Below, piece after piece: positions 1 through 10,778 of a DNA stretch of 64,000 nucleotides; position 1 is the first letter of the stretch, and each line of letters starts with the position of its first letter. A program made the translations under genes and the position numbers. Under the pieces are notes generated by a model. That model was not told the DNA's origin, made no database searches, and worked only from the letters and a program-made list of their open reading frames with translations. Source of the stretch: Zygnema circumcarinatum SAG 698-1b (Eukaryota > Plantae > Zygnematophyceae); the NCBI GenBank assembly GCA_037447605.1, contig CM074814.1, positions 1,550,001-1,614,000 of the forward strand, read 5' to 3'.

Positions 1-160
1 GCGAAAGAGAGATGGGGAGAGAGAGGGAGAGACAGGGAGAGAGGGAGAGAGAGCGAGAGAGAGAGAGAGAGAGGCGAGAGAGTGGGAGAGACAGGGAGAG
101 AGGGAGAGAGAGCGAGAGAGAGAGAGAGGGCGAGAGAGAGGGAGAGGGAGAGAGGCAAGA
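1..160. repeat. GA-rich low-complexity/microsatellite tract (intronic, DUF676 gene)
   Basis: Almost pure purine (GA)n/GGGA sequence. It accounts for the spurious RE-rich ORF 12..194. Confidence 0.85.
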
Positions 161-200
161 TAGTGCAGGACAATGCAGGATAGTGCTGCAATGAGCTCAC

Positions 201-3200
201 ATGAACGCTCCCTCCTCGCAGTCCGTGGTCATGCGGAGCAGCAGTGGGTCCGGCCCGTCTGCCAGAAAGAGGTGTCGGCCGGTCTTACCGATGATGTACG
301 GAGCAAGCTGCGGGGATGCCTTCTCCAAAACGCCGATTCTGAAGAGGAAAGGCAGCTGCACCTCCCCTCCCTCTCCGCTGAAAATCTAGAAAAGAAACCT
401 CACTTCAATGCACTTTTACGGTTCAGTTCAGTTGTGAATCTGCGCCACCCATCGCCATGTGGGGAGGGAGGGGAGGGAGGGGAGGAAGTGAGGGAGGGAG
501 GGAGGGAAGGGAGAGAGAGAGAAAGAGAGAGAGCTACCACTTACATGGCCCCGTCCCAGGGATCCAAGATGCGGTGTAGCAATAGTGACAAAGTTGACAG
601 GCTCCAACCCGGCAATAGTGGCCCCATCCACACTCCTCTCCCTCCCACGGCCTGTCCCCCTCGCTACCATCACATTCCCAATTGTGCCGCTAACCTCGCC
701 CCTCCCTTCAGCCCCTTCGGCCCCTCCCTCCTCTTCTTCCTCTCCTGCTCTTTTGCCCACCTCAGAAGACGCGGGAATCCCATTCCAGTAGGACCATTCT
801 TCACTCTCTTCCTCTGCTAGGGGAAGTTCTCCCTCGAAATTTCTCGGATCATCCCTTTGGTCGGCCATCAGCCCAAGTGAGCTCAGCATTTTGTCCATCA
901 TAGCTGCTCTATTGAAGCCCTTGGGTTTGGGGATATCAGGCCTCTCCTGCTCCTTCATTGGCGGTTGGAACAGCTTCCCTATCGCATAGCGGGAGACGAG
1001 CCCCCCCATGGAGTGACTTACAAAGGAAATTTTCTTCAAATTGGGGTCCTCCTTGACAACACTCGACACCTGTCAGGACGAGAGCAAACAGGTAAAGAAA
1101 ACAAGCATTCGATATGACATCATGCTTCACTCGCACTGTGCAAAAACCCAACCGGAATGAAAACACGCGTTGAAGCCACAAGCATGCATAGTGTCTGATG
1201 TTGTGGAGTTACTTGAAGTCAGCAATAAGAGAGAGGATTGATGAGAGTCGACTTTCGAACATAGGAAAGTGTATACCTCGCTTGCGAACATCGGCTTGCT
1301 TCTAAGCTCTCGTCAGAAGGGACAAGTTCTAAAACCACAAACCTTCAAACTGACACTAGACTGCCACTATGAATGTGATGGTTACCCCTATCATACCATG
1401 AAAAACTGCCTCCTCTCTACCTCCCTCTGTATCGCTGCACTAAAATATTTGCATACCTCTTCTGCAAGGCGGTTCCCCATCACATCCACACCATCAAGTG
1501 TTTTCATGAATGAGTTGCAGGTGCTCACTGGATTCCCCACATTACCAATGGCCACCAAAGAAATTCAGAAGAACGCGCTCCTTCTGCTCAGCATAAATCA
1601 GCTGACGTTCAAAGTTACTCTATTTTAAGAACTTTTTCTCCTATCTCATATCTCGTGTTGCAGTCAACTCTCTTTGAGCAAAGGAGCTCTATTGTAAAGT
1701 TTCTCAAGCAGGATGCAACACAATGAAGTAGAGCAATTTTCCAGGGGGCCGAGAGACAGAAAGGAGTGAAGTATGAGTACCATGCACTCTCATGTTGTGA
1801 CCTGTCCTCGCCTGGAATTGCTCGTCCATGTATCTCCAATTCGCAGGACTGGCAATCCCCGCACACGACAAGAACATGAGTTTAACTTTTTCAGCAAAGT
1901 AGCTCAATTTAGCCGCCCGCCCAGGCGGGTGTGCCGTTACCGGTGGTCAGCCACCGGCAAAGGGCTCTCACCGGCGACCGACGGCGTAGGAGCTCCAATA
2001 AGTTCTTAATATTGTAAGGTCAACAAGGGGCGACTGCTTAAAGGACTTGAAGTGTCTACTTGGAAGCCACTATCTTCATGAAGACTATCCAATCGCTAAA
2101 CAAAAAACCAATTAAAAAGAAAACAAACAAAAGCTCCGCACATAGAAGTGACTATGTGGCATCCCCAATCGAAGGTGGAAAACAGCTAGAGGAGAGGCAC
2201 TCCAGAGAGATTTGATGAACCATGTGAAGGAAGGTGCCATTAAAGTTTCCACTAAAGCCTTTGACAAGACAGGCAACGTCCAATTTGACAGTTGGCCAAA
2301 TTCATTGACCATGATTACAGACGTAAAACTGCAAAAGAGAGGCCAGAATTTGCCAGGTTATCCAACGCATCTGCCAAATTCTCCCTAAAACAGGGGAAAT
2401 AGACATTGAAACAACCAGAAGAAGCCCTTCGAGGTGACAGTATTTCCAACAAGGTTGACAGGTTTCAGGTTGGTTCTGCAAACTTAATTTGCAACCGAGT
2501 ATCAGAAAACAAACAGAGGTACAAACCTGCCTCCGATGCCGTTAACCAAAACAACCAGATGATCCTGTTGCTGCACCTCCCTCTCTTCTTCTCCCTCTCC
2601 ATCTCCTCCATCCCGGGCAAACCCCTTCCGACAGAAGCTGCAGAACCCCAGCTTTCCCCTCTTCTGCAGGACCCCTTCTCCAGATTCACAAAGGAGAACG
2701 TAGAGGCCCACGCCAGCTCCTACTACAAGCGCCGAATAAACTGCAGCACCTTCCGGTGACGCTTGATTACATACTGGTGCTTGCTCCCCAAAAAGCCTTG
2801 CAAGAAATGGCCAAAGCAATGGGAGTGTGCTGTTGCTAGCTACAGCCCTGACTATGGCGCCGTTAGGATTGGCTTCAGCGTCCGAGGAAGGAGGAGTGCA
2901 GGAGGACATGAGCGGGAAAAAAGGGCGAGGGAGGGGCTTGGTGCTCAGGGGAGGCGCGTATAAGCACTGCAGAAGACGGCCGGCCCGCGCACGACCTTCC
3001 TGCACGGAGCCATGGCAGCTGCAGCCCGCGCCATGGGAGAAGGCAGAGAGCACCACCAGGCGGTGCGCACCGTCCAAGCACGCCCCTATCACTGACCGCG
3101 CGCGCTCCAGAAAGCGAGGGCTCTCCGCAGCGCTCTCCAGAACAGGCAGAAGCGCACGGCAGAGACCCGCCAGAGCCTCCGCCAGATCGGACTGCGTCTG

Positions 3201-3341
3201 TAAGGAGAGGGGATGCAGGGAACGCGGCAGAGGCAGAGCCAACCACAGCAGCGGGATAGCGCGGGAGAGAAGGGAGAGGGAGAGAGAGAGAGAAAGAAGG
3301 GGGGCGAGGGAGAGGAGGGGGATAGAGGGAGGGGCGTCCAA
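201..3341 (-). CDS. DUF676 putative lipase/serine esterase (alpha/beta hydrolase); 3' part continues left of the window
   Basis: Approximate exons 3341-2527, 1848-1780, 1527-1457, 1069-545 and 355-201 join in frame with GT-AG boundaries. They give DHLVVLVNGIGGSPANW, TLDGVDVMGNRLAEE, KISFVSHSMGGLVSRYAIG (nucleophile motif), NFVTIATPHLG and GKTGRHLFLAD, typical of the plant DUF676 family. Confidence 0.88.
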
Positions 3342-4018
3342 GAGGGCTAGACGGGAGGAAGGCGCGGCTCCAGGCTGCCATGTGGCGCCGGGAAAAGCAG
3401 ACGCGTGGCAGGAGGAGCCGCCCTACTGCAGGAAGGGGCGGGCCGCCACCTGCCATTCTATGTGGTGGCTGAATTCAGTTACCGTTTGACGCGCAGGGAA
3501 GTCCTAGGTGGCGGTTGGCGAAGGACGAAATGAGGGCACTTTGACACGTGTCGGCAAGGAAGGGTCAGACACGTCATGATGACGTGCTGAGTGATACGGA
3601 TCTGCGTGCAGACAAAACAGCAGGCATTTGGCGCGGGGCGTACATGGTCTGCTTACGTCAGCTGACGTGAAAACTACGAACATGTGTACGAACGATAAGT
3701 CGAGTGTACGTACGGCTCGCTGTGACAAACATTAAATGGCGGAGCGTGAATAAGTGGGTGCAGTAACGACAATACACACGGAACCGTCGTTTTGTTACAC
3801 TGCCAGTCAAACTGACCCACATGGACCGCCAACGGACGGTGTCCCGTTGCATCCAGTCTGACGAGGCCGCTCGCGTGACCGTCCGTCACGCGAGTCACGC
3901 GTGGTTTCGCGCATGCTGCACATTGCATTGTATGGTGTTGTGCAAACCAAGAAAAAACCACGCATTTAGGTTTTAACATGGCGATGATTGCAAATAAAAC
4001 GCAAGACATAAGTAAAAG

Positions 4019-4091
4019 TGGAGATGCGGGGTATCGATCCCCGTACCTCTCGCATGCTAAGCGAGCGCTCTACCATGTGAGCTACATCCCC
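4019..4091 (-). tRNA. tRNA-Ala (anticodon AGC), nuclear type
   Basis: The reverse complement reads GGGGATGTAGCTCACATGGTAGAGCGCTCGCTTAGCATGCGAGAGGTACGGGGATCGATACCCCGCATCTCCA (73 nt), followed by a TTTT Pol III terminator. Confidence 0.97.
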
Positions 4092-4611
4092 ATGTGACTC
4101 GTGCAAATAGGGAAGCGCTCCTATTACAATGCATGGAACAGTAATCGGAGGGAAAGGTGTGAATTTTACTTCCTCAGCAGCACGTCCACGCAACGAGGTC
4201 CATAGCAGACAAAACATGAGTCTTGCATTGTGCCAAGATGCACGGGGCAGGCATTATTTTGACAGTTCGAGCTTCGATAATAGCAGTAAGTTATGTATTC
4301 AAAGAAAATACATAGTACGATGTACTCATCCTGACTGGATACAAAGAAAGGACATTGTTAAATAGACAATACACACCAAACCAAGCCCACAAGACGTGAC
4401 AGGAGATTAGCCGTCTACAGTCGCTGGTAGCCACTGCTCTGGACAGCTTCAACTGTAACTAGGAACTGTACAATCGGAACACTCACAGACTCGACGTGCA
4501 ACCGTAGATTTATCAATAGCCCTCAGAGACTACATCACGTGCAAACCCAAAAAGACATGTTCGTCACAACTTGACTCTAGAAAACCAAGAGTCTTCAAAG
4601 CGGCATACAAG

Positions 4612-5362
4612 CTACGCGCAGCCACTGGGCCCCGTCTTGAAGACAACGCAGCGGCGAGCTTCGGGATAGACTTTGTTCTTGTCGTTGACGTTGAGGTTGA
4701 GGCTCTGCCCAATGGTGACTCCACGGAACGGAAGCTTAATGCAGCTGTTCTTGTACATATCCTTGCCCTGCGCCGCCGGCCATGCATGACAGGCCCGAAA
4801 GTAGCACCGTCAGGCGTCATGTGACGGCGGCAGCAACGAGCAAGGCAGGAGCAGGGTCGGCCAAGGCCGCGGAGGGAGCACTCACAGCGTTGAAGGTGCG
4901 GAACTTGAGCGTGGACGGAAAGTCGGTGACATAGAAATGGTCGTCCGAGCTCTTGAGCTTCCCGCAGTACATGGCGCCCACGCCGCTCGTGGAAACAAGC
5001 GCGAGCGTGTTATTGCGCCCCTCCACGATCGGCTTCGACAGGGCTGTGTCCGCCCTGCCCTCGAGGCTGCAAGCGGTCCATGCAAGCAGACAGAAGGAAG
5101 ATTTTAGTCCTGGGAAGAGGAATAGAAGAAGAGATAGAGGGTCAGAGGTACTCATGGAGCACCTGAAGGTGGGCACAGTGTTCTTGAAGCCCTGGAAGTA
5201 GAAGTCGCAGTCGCGTCTGGGCGAGGTCGGGCACTTCACCACTGTCGCCAGCTGACGTCTTGAAGGGTCTCCCGCAGCCATGGTTGCGGTCGCCAGCAGC
5301 ACCGCCATTGCGGCCATGGACGAGAGCATCAGCTTCGAGGAGGAGGAGGCAAAGAACGCCAT
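4612..5362 (-). CDS. Hypothetical secreted protein, about 178 aa, 6 Cys, family not recognised
   Basis: Three exons (5362-5163, 5066-4886, 4767-4612) total 537 nt in frame with GT-AG sites, including a strong GTGAGT donor at 4885. The N-terminus is hydrophobic and signal-peptide-like (MLSSMAAMAVLLATATMAAG), and codon use is GC3-rich. Confidence 0.75.
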
Positions 5363-6191
5363 GGCAAGGGAGGGAGGGAGGGAGGGAGGGAGGGCGGGAG
5401 GGAGGGAGAGAGCGAGCGAGCGAGGACGGAGGCAAGAGTGGCGGCGCTCTCCTTTTTGAGCCGTCGGCCTCTCACCGAGTACGGCCGGCAGGCGCGCAGG
5501 GTAGTAATGGGAGGAAGCTAAGCGGCAGCTTCCATCAATACGGCCGCCGCCCGAGGTCCAACAGCGAGACCGGGACCGGTTTGTCGTCTTCTGCGTACGG
5601 TAACGTCCGTACGTTTGTCGTATTTTTATGCCGTAACTGGCAGTGAACCGTTTCTCCGTTTCTCCGTTTCTCCTCGCCGTAGTGCGAACTGTAGTTGAGA
5701 ATCTTTGCGATCCACGCGCATAGAAAACGCCAGCGTGGCGTGTCGCCGTTGGTCGAGACTCAAGTGCAGTTCGCAGGAATGTAGAGGGGCCAGTCAGTCA
5801 CTGTGTCGGGGAAGCACCGTCGGCGTCCTCCATACAAGCGCCGTTGTGGAACCAAAGACCAAAAGTGCAAGTCACCATGTGGACTCTAAAGTGGCTCAAT
5901 CCCAACTACACAAACGCTTTTTGAAACCACTTGTCAATCCCTTCGAGAAGGAAACTCGAGACACGAGGAACAAAGGCTGTTTGACAACAGGCTCCAAAGC
6001 CTAACTTTCAAAGGGTGTAAGCCCTGTTACATATAAGACATTTCCTTTTGTGTCATTGTCCTTCCTCCCCCAGCTTGTGCTTGCAGTGTCCACGCCTTCC
6101 ATCTCAATACGCCCCATTTAAGTTCCCCATGTAAGCCATTTTCCGATATAACAAGAAAGGTCGACAAGTACTTCTAAGTTTCCGCTCACAA

Positions 6192-6302
6192 TACATCAGG
6201 ATACTAAGAGTTGAGAAAGGGCCTGCGCTTGTTATAGGGCGCCTCGAAAACCCTAAAAACCTTGTTTTTCAAAAAAATCTCCACCGGAGTATGTCGTTTC
6301 AT
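6192..6302 (-). ncRNA. Candidate snoRNA-like element, copy 1
   Basis: Shares a 20-nt block (tacatcaggatactaagagt) and a 12-nt block (tctccaccggag) with 6998-7092. On the minus strand it ends in ...TATC-CTGA-TGTA (box D-like). No canonical box C is present. Confidence 0.35.
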
Positions 6303-6997
6303 ATAACCAACAGATGCTCCCTTCCCTACATACTTTGGTTTATGATCCCATCTCTAGTTAATACGGATACATTGATTTATGATTACAAGATAAATCTGTA
6401 ATTGGTATATGTAGCGTACACAGTGCATGCTAACGTGTATAGAGGGTTTGGGAACTTATTAATATTTGGACATCCCATCGCCATACGGCCACTCTGCCAC
6501 GGGTACAAGTGAAGGTCTCTGCCTCTGACCGTCGGTCACAACAGAAGTAAGGGCTCTTCACTTCCAGTTTTCAAGCCTTCTGTCTTCTCAGCTTCTGGAA
6601 AAAACAAGAAAAGGCGAGTGTTTAGAGAGTGGCTTTTCACAGCAGCAGCGCTATTCGGTCTTGAACTCTACACTCGCCTTCAGCCTAACATGAATAACCT
6701 AGGTGGTCTACATGCGGAAGACTTGGCTAGAAATGCGCAGTGGAAATAAAATAATACACGGCTTCAAGCAGCACAGAAAGACATACTCGCATTTTATCTC
6801 AGTCTGCACATACTCTTTAGTCTTACCTTCACTAGAGATGCTTTGAATCAAGCGCGCTCTCAGCCAAAGCCCCGCTGACGTCAGTCTCCAAAGCCTAACC
6901 TTGAGTCAAAGCGGTATGTGCCCTCGCAAATTCCGCATGTGAGTCATTTTTTGATACAAGGAGGATCAGGCAAGTATATACAGGTTTCCTCTTACAG

Positions 6998-7092
6998 TAC
7001 ATCAGGATACTAAGAGTACGGATGCTCAGAGCTCCTATTAAGGTTCACAAATGAAAGCATGAGCAGGTCTCCACCGGAGGATATCGTCTCAT
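6998..7092 (-). ncRNA. Candidate snoRNA-like element, copy 2
   Basis: Has the same two conserved end blocks as 6192-6302 with an unrelated middle. Confidence 0.35.
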
Positions 7093-7141
7093 CGATTCTT
7101 TTGATCATTTCACATAATGTCCCCTCCTCTCTGACCTCTGC

Positions 7142-10100
7142 TTATGTCCCTCCTTCCTCAAATCTACTGCAAGCCATTCTGAGCTCCTGGAAGCTTCTGT
7201 TTCTGTCCTGACGCTGAGACTCCACCCCCATTAGCTGGTCAGTCAAGTCATTGATCTCCTTCTTCAAGGCCAATTGACTCAAATCTCGCTCCAACATTGA
7301 GGTTGTTGGGATCAGAGCTCTCCGCCTGCGAACTAAAACCTGCTCTGGTTGACTTTCTGTCCGCTGAAAGCTAGTCACTCCTCTCTCTCTGCTCCACTCC
7401 CTCCCTTCACCTCCTCCTCCTCCTCCTCCTTCTCCTCCTCTTCCGCATACGGAGGAAGTCTCACTGTGCAACTCCAAGTGACCTCCACCATTGACACGCC
7501 CGTCATCTTCAAAAGGATCGTGAAATTTGATAATGCGACCACGGCCTATACCATCTTTAGATGTGCTATTTAGAGAGACTGAGAATCTTGATAGCAACAG
7601 GTCACTGCCTTCCCCACCACCTTGGCTTCCCTTCGAACCTCCTTCGCATACAGAGGAAGTCTCACTATGCCACTCCAATTGGCCTCCACCATTGCCAAGC
7701 CCGTCACCCTTGAAAGGCTCGTGAAATTTTCTTATTCGACCACGCCCTATACCATCTTTAGATGTGGTATTTGAAGACACTGAGAATCTAGATGGCAATG
7801 GGCCACTGGTTTCCCCACCAACTTGGCTTCCCTTGAAACTGATGCTTTCTTCACCATCTCTTTGCCCATCTAATGGAGGTGTGCGGCCATTTGCTTCAAA
7901 CTCTGCAGCCACACCCATGATTCTCTCATCCTGCACAATCTCTATTCCACCACCAATCTCTCTCTGACACCTGGCATCCATGTCCGTTGACTGCATGGAG
8001 TCAGCCGTAGATGTCTCCGTTTGGAGGTCTCCTTCTTCCCTCTTGCAGTCCAAAGTTCTCCTCTCATAGTCGCAGCCGTCCACTTTTACCTCCTCTCTCA
8101 CCCCACACTTATTGCCTGGTAAGCCTCTCCAAGCTAACCCTTGTACGGACGGACGTTGCCAAGGCCTCACCAATGATGTTCCACCAGCATCCTCTTTCTC
8201 TTTCACAAATCCCTCATTTCTCTGCTCTTTTTCAGTTTCAATCTTCGAATTCTCCTGACCACTATCATATTTCTGTCTTTCCCATGCAACAAAACGCCTG
8301 ATATGTTTTTCGGTTTCTCCCTTCCTGACACCACCATGATCGGTTTCCGAATTTGCCACATTCGACTCTAGAGAGGAGGTCTTTAGGGGCTTCGAAACTG
8401 AACTTGGAACTCTTCCACCAGGGCCAAACTTATTCCTCTCTCTCCCACGGTCAGAAATGTACCGATTTGCTTGTGCTTTTGCAGCTTCAAACTCGAACTT
8501 CTGGACAAGAGAAAGGATGCTACCTCCCCCAGTCCTGACAAAGCCGCTCTCCCTCTGTAGCTTGTTTGAAGTCGACTTTTCTGTCAAAGCACATTCTAAC
8601 CCCATAGGCTTGTCCCTTAGTAAATTCCCTGGTTGATTCTGTACCTCGAACTGATCCTCTACAGGTTTTTCCAGACAATAATTTCCATCTTCCCTAAAAG
8701 ATTTAGGCGCTTCTATGCCGTTTTTGTCCACTGTGTCTCCGCTATTGTTAGCCTCCACGTGTTTTGCATTCACTTTCGGCTTCTCTACATTCACAAATGT
8801 CAGGAGCTCTACAGGTTGCATTTCCGCATGTTCATTCTTGAACAGCACTCCGAATTGTTGTACATTAGCATCTGACAGAGGTAACCGAACCTTTGATGGT
8901 TTATGAAGCTTTTCTCGCTCTCCTGTTCCCTCATCAAGCAGCTCGGCCCCAACACCCATTTCGTCGACACCATCCTCATTTTCGCCGTCAGGATGTTCAA
9001 TAGCATCCTTCTCCCCAACTGGTAAGCCCATAGTCGAATGGACATCCACGAACTCTTCCTCAACCTCCTGAACAAGCTCCGCTTCAGTTCTCTGCCTTGC
9101 AACTACTAGTCCGTCCATCGAACCCCTACATAGCTCCATTACAGCACTCTGACCCTCTCCCTCTCTCACTCCCTCACCCGCTCCATCCTCTATTTTGGCT
9201 CTACTGAGCTCAACTACGACATTTTTCTGAGTAAAGACATCCTCAGCTTTGAACTCCGCTTCACCAGAACTGACTTCTCCGTCCATAATCACTTTCACTT
9301 CCTCACATAGGCCTGTTAAGTCACACGCTCTCACTGCTTCACCATCATAGCGATCTTCTCTTTTCTCCACGTCTCCGCTATCCGCTGATACCCCTATTTC
9401 TGGTTCAGAAGTGACCAGTTTGACAACAGCCACAATGTCTTTGGATTTCCTTCCCGACGCTGAGTCCATGGAAATAATTCTTTCTCCACTAACTTCATTA
9501 ATAGAGCCATCCCTGCTTGCCCTTCTGAGCTTCATCAACTCATCGTGCATGCTATCATCACCTTGATTGCCAGAAAAGGAAACGAATGTTCCCTCGTTAC
9601 TAGCTGAACTAGAATTGCTTTGCATCTCCAGAGATTCTCCAAACCCTACATCAGCATAAAACCCTCTCAGGTTTTCATCTCCCACGAAAGCAATTCCTTC
9701 CTCCTCCGACTTTACGCTGCATCTATCCATGTCGGTAGTGGACTCTCCATCAACATCAAAGGCAGCATTGTCGAACAGAGCAATTTCTCCAAACGTGCCC
9801 ATCAAATCCGCCGCACATTCAGGCAGCCAATCCGGTTCCATTGTCTCTCTGTCCACTGAAGAATGGGCGAAATCTATGGGTCCCAAGGGACTGCCAGTTG
9901 GCATGGGAGAGTCATCTGAAGGCGAAGAAACTGCAGCCAAAAGTTTGGCTCGGCCAATCGCAACCTCTTTCTCAAGGGCTAATAGCTCTATCTCCTGCTT
10001 CGCAATTATCATATTCATCAACTTTATGGCCTCCTCATCATACATCATTTTCTCACTGGCAATTCGGGCTTTCTGAGTTGCCTCCATGCAAACCAAAGCC

Positions 10101-10678
10101 TTCTCTTCTTGAATCTTAGCCATCAATGCCATCGATGCTCGAGCTGCTGACTCAGCAGCACTTTGCTCCTCTTCAAGCTCCCGTCTTAACTGGTCATTGA
10201 CCGCTCTTTCGTTTTCCAATGCGCGTCTTAGAACGAGTATATCATCATCACAGTCTCCATTCAAAGATTCCTCGCTCCATATTCCTTCTGGATGCAAAAA
10301 TTTCGATCCCCCTCCGCAATTCCGAGACACTTGCAAAACTTCGTCGGAATTTTTCATCTTCCCCTCGAAACAAGCGCTTTCTTTTGTCTGAAATTCACCC
10401 TCATTTGCCTCCCTACTCCAGCCCTGTGATGGTTTACTCACTAAGGTTTCTAACTCATTACATCTTTTTGCGAGCTCCCACTTACACTGCAAATGGCACG
10501 GGCACTCAATGAGCGATATGCGGATGAAGACACTTGTCAAAAATGTGAGAAGTGCACTAAAAAGGGAGAGTGCAGCCAAGAGGAAGCGATAGATTTGTTC
10601 TGGAAGTGAATACGAGCAGGAGGCGATATTCGGAATACCCATAAATGCTTGCACAATAGTAAGGAGGGGATTTTCCAT
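7142..10678 (-). CDS. GTD-binding/zein-binding (DUF593) domain protein, myosin-binding (MyoB)/FLOURY1-like
   Basis: 1178-aa open frame with an N-terminal TM segment, then LRRALENERAVNDQLRRELEEEQSAAESAARASMALMAKIQEEKALVCMEATQKARIASEKMMYDEEAI (DUF593 signature), a long acidic disordered region and a C-terminal coiled coil. Extra 3' exons are possible. Confidence 0.85.
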   Translation of the reverse strand: MENPLLTIVQAFMGIPNIASCSYSLPEQIYRFLLAALSLFSALLTFLTSVFIRISLIECPCHLQCKWELAKRCNELETLVSKPSQGWSREANEGEFQTKESACFEGKMKNSDEVLQVSRNCGGGSKFLHPEGIWSEESLNGDCDDDILVLRRALENERAVNDQLRRELEEEQSAAESAARASMALMAKIQEEKALVCMEATQKARIASEKMMYDEEAIKLMNMIIAKQEIELLALEKEVAIGRAKLLAAVSSPSDDSPMPTGSPLGPIDFAHSSVDRETMEPDWLPECAADLMGTFGEIALFDNAAFDVDGESTTDMDRCSVKSEEEGIAFVGDENLRGFYADVGFGESLEMQSNSSSASNEGTFVSFSGNQGDDSMHDELMKLRRASRDGSINEVSGERIISMDSASGRKSKDIVAVVKLVTSEPEIGVSADSGDVEKREDRYDGEAVRACDLTGLCEEVKVIMDGEVSSGEAEFKAEDVFTQKNVVVELSRAKIEDGAGEGVREGEGQSAVMELCRGSMDGLVVARQRTEAELVQEVEEEFVDVHSTMGLPVGEKDAIEHPDGENEDGVDEMGVGAELLDEGTGEREKLHKPSKVRLPLSDANVQQFGVLFKNEHAEMQPVELLTFVNVEKPKVNAKHVEANNSGDTVDKNGIEAPKSFREDGNYCLEKPVEDQFEVQNQPGNLLRDKPMGLECALTEKSTSNKLQRESGFVRTGGGSILSLVQKFEFEAAKAQANRYISDRGRERNKFGPGGRVPSSVSKPLKTSSLESNVANSETDHGGVRKGETEKHIRRFVAWERQKYDSGQENSKIETEKEQRNEGFVKEKEDAGGTSLVRPWQRPSVQGLAWRGLPGNKCGVREEVKVDGCDYERRTLDCKREEGDLQTETSTADSMQSTDMDARCQREIGGGIEIVQDERIMGVAAEFEANGRTPPLDGQRDGEESISFKGSQVGGETSGPLPSRFSVSSNTTSKDGIGRGRIRKFHEPFKGDGLGNGGGQLEWHSETSSVCEGGSKGSQGGGEGSDLLLSRFSVSLNSTSKDGIGRGRIIKFHDPFEDDGRVNGGGHLELHSETSSVCGRGGEGGGGGGGEGREWSRERGVTSFQRTESQPEQVLVRRRRALIPTTSMLERDLSQLALKKEINDLTDQLMGVESQRQDRNRSFQELRMACSRFEEGGT

Positions 10679-10743
10679 CAGGCCCTACTTTGACTAATGG
10701 CTTCCAGCTATCTTCACAGGAGCGGGGGGGGGGGGGGAGGGGG

Positions 10744-10778
<35 letters not shown>

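Noticed and set aside
6248-6262. Telomere-template-like AACCCTAAAAACC (telomerase RNA?)
   Set aside because: It does not match a TTTAGGG template exactly, lies in the non-conserved linker, and is absent from the second copy of the element.
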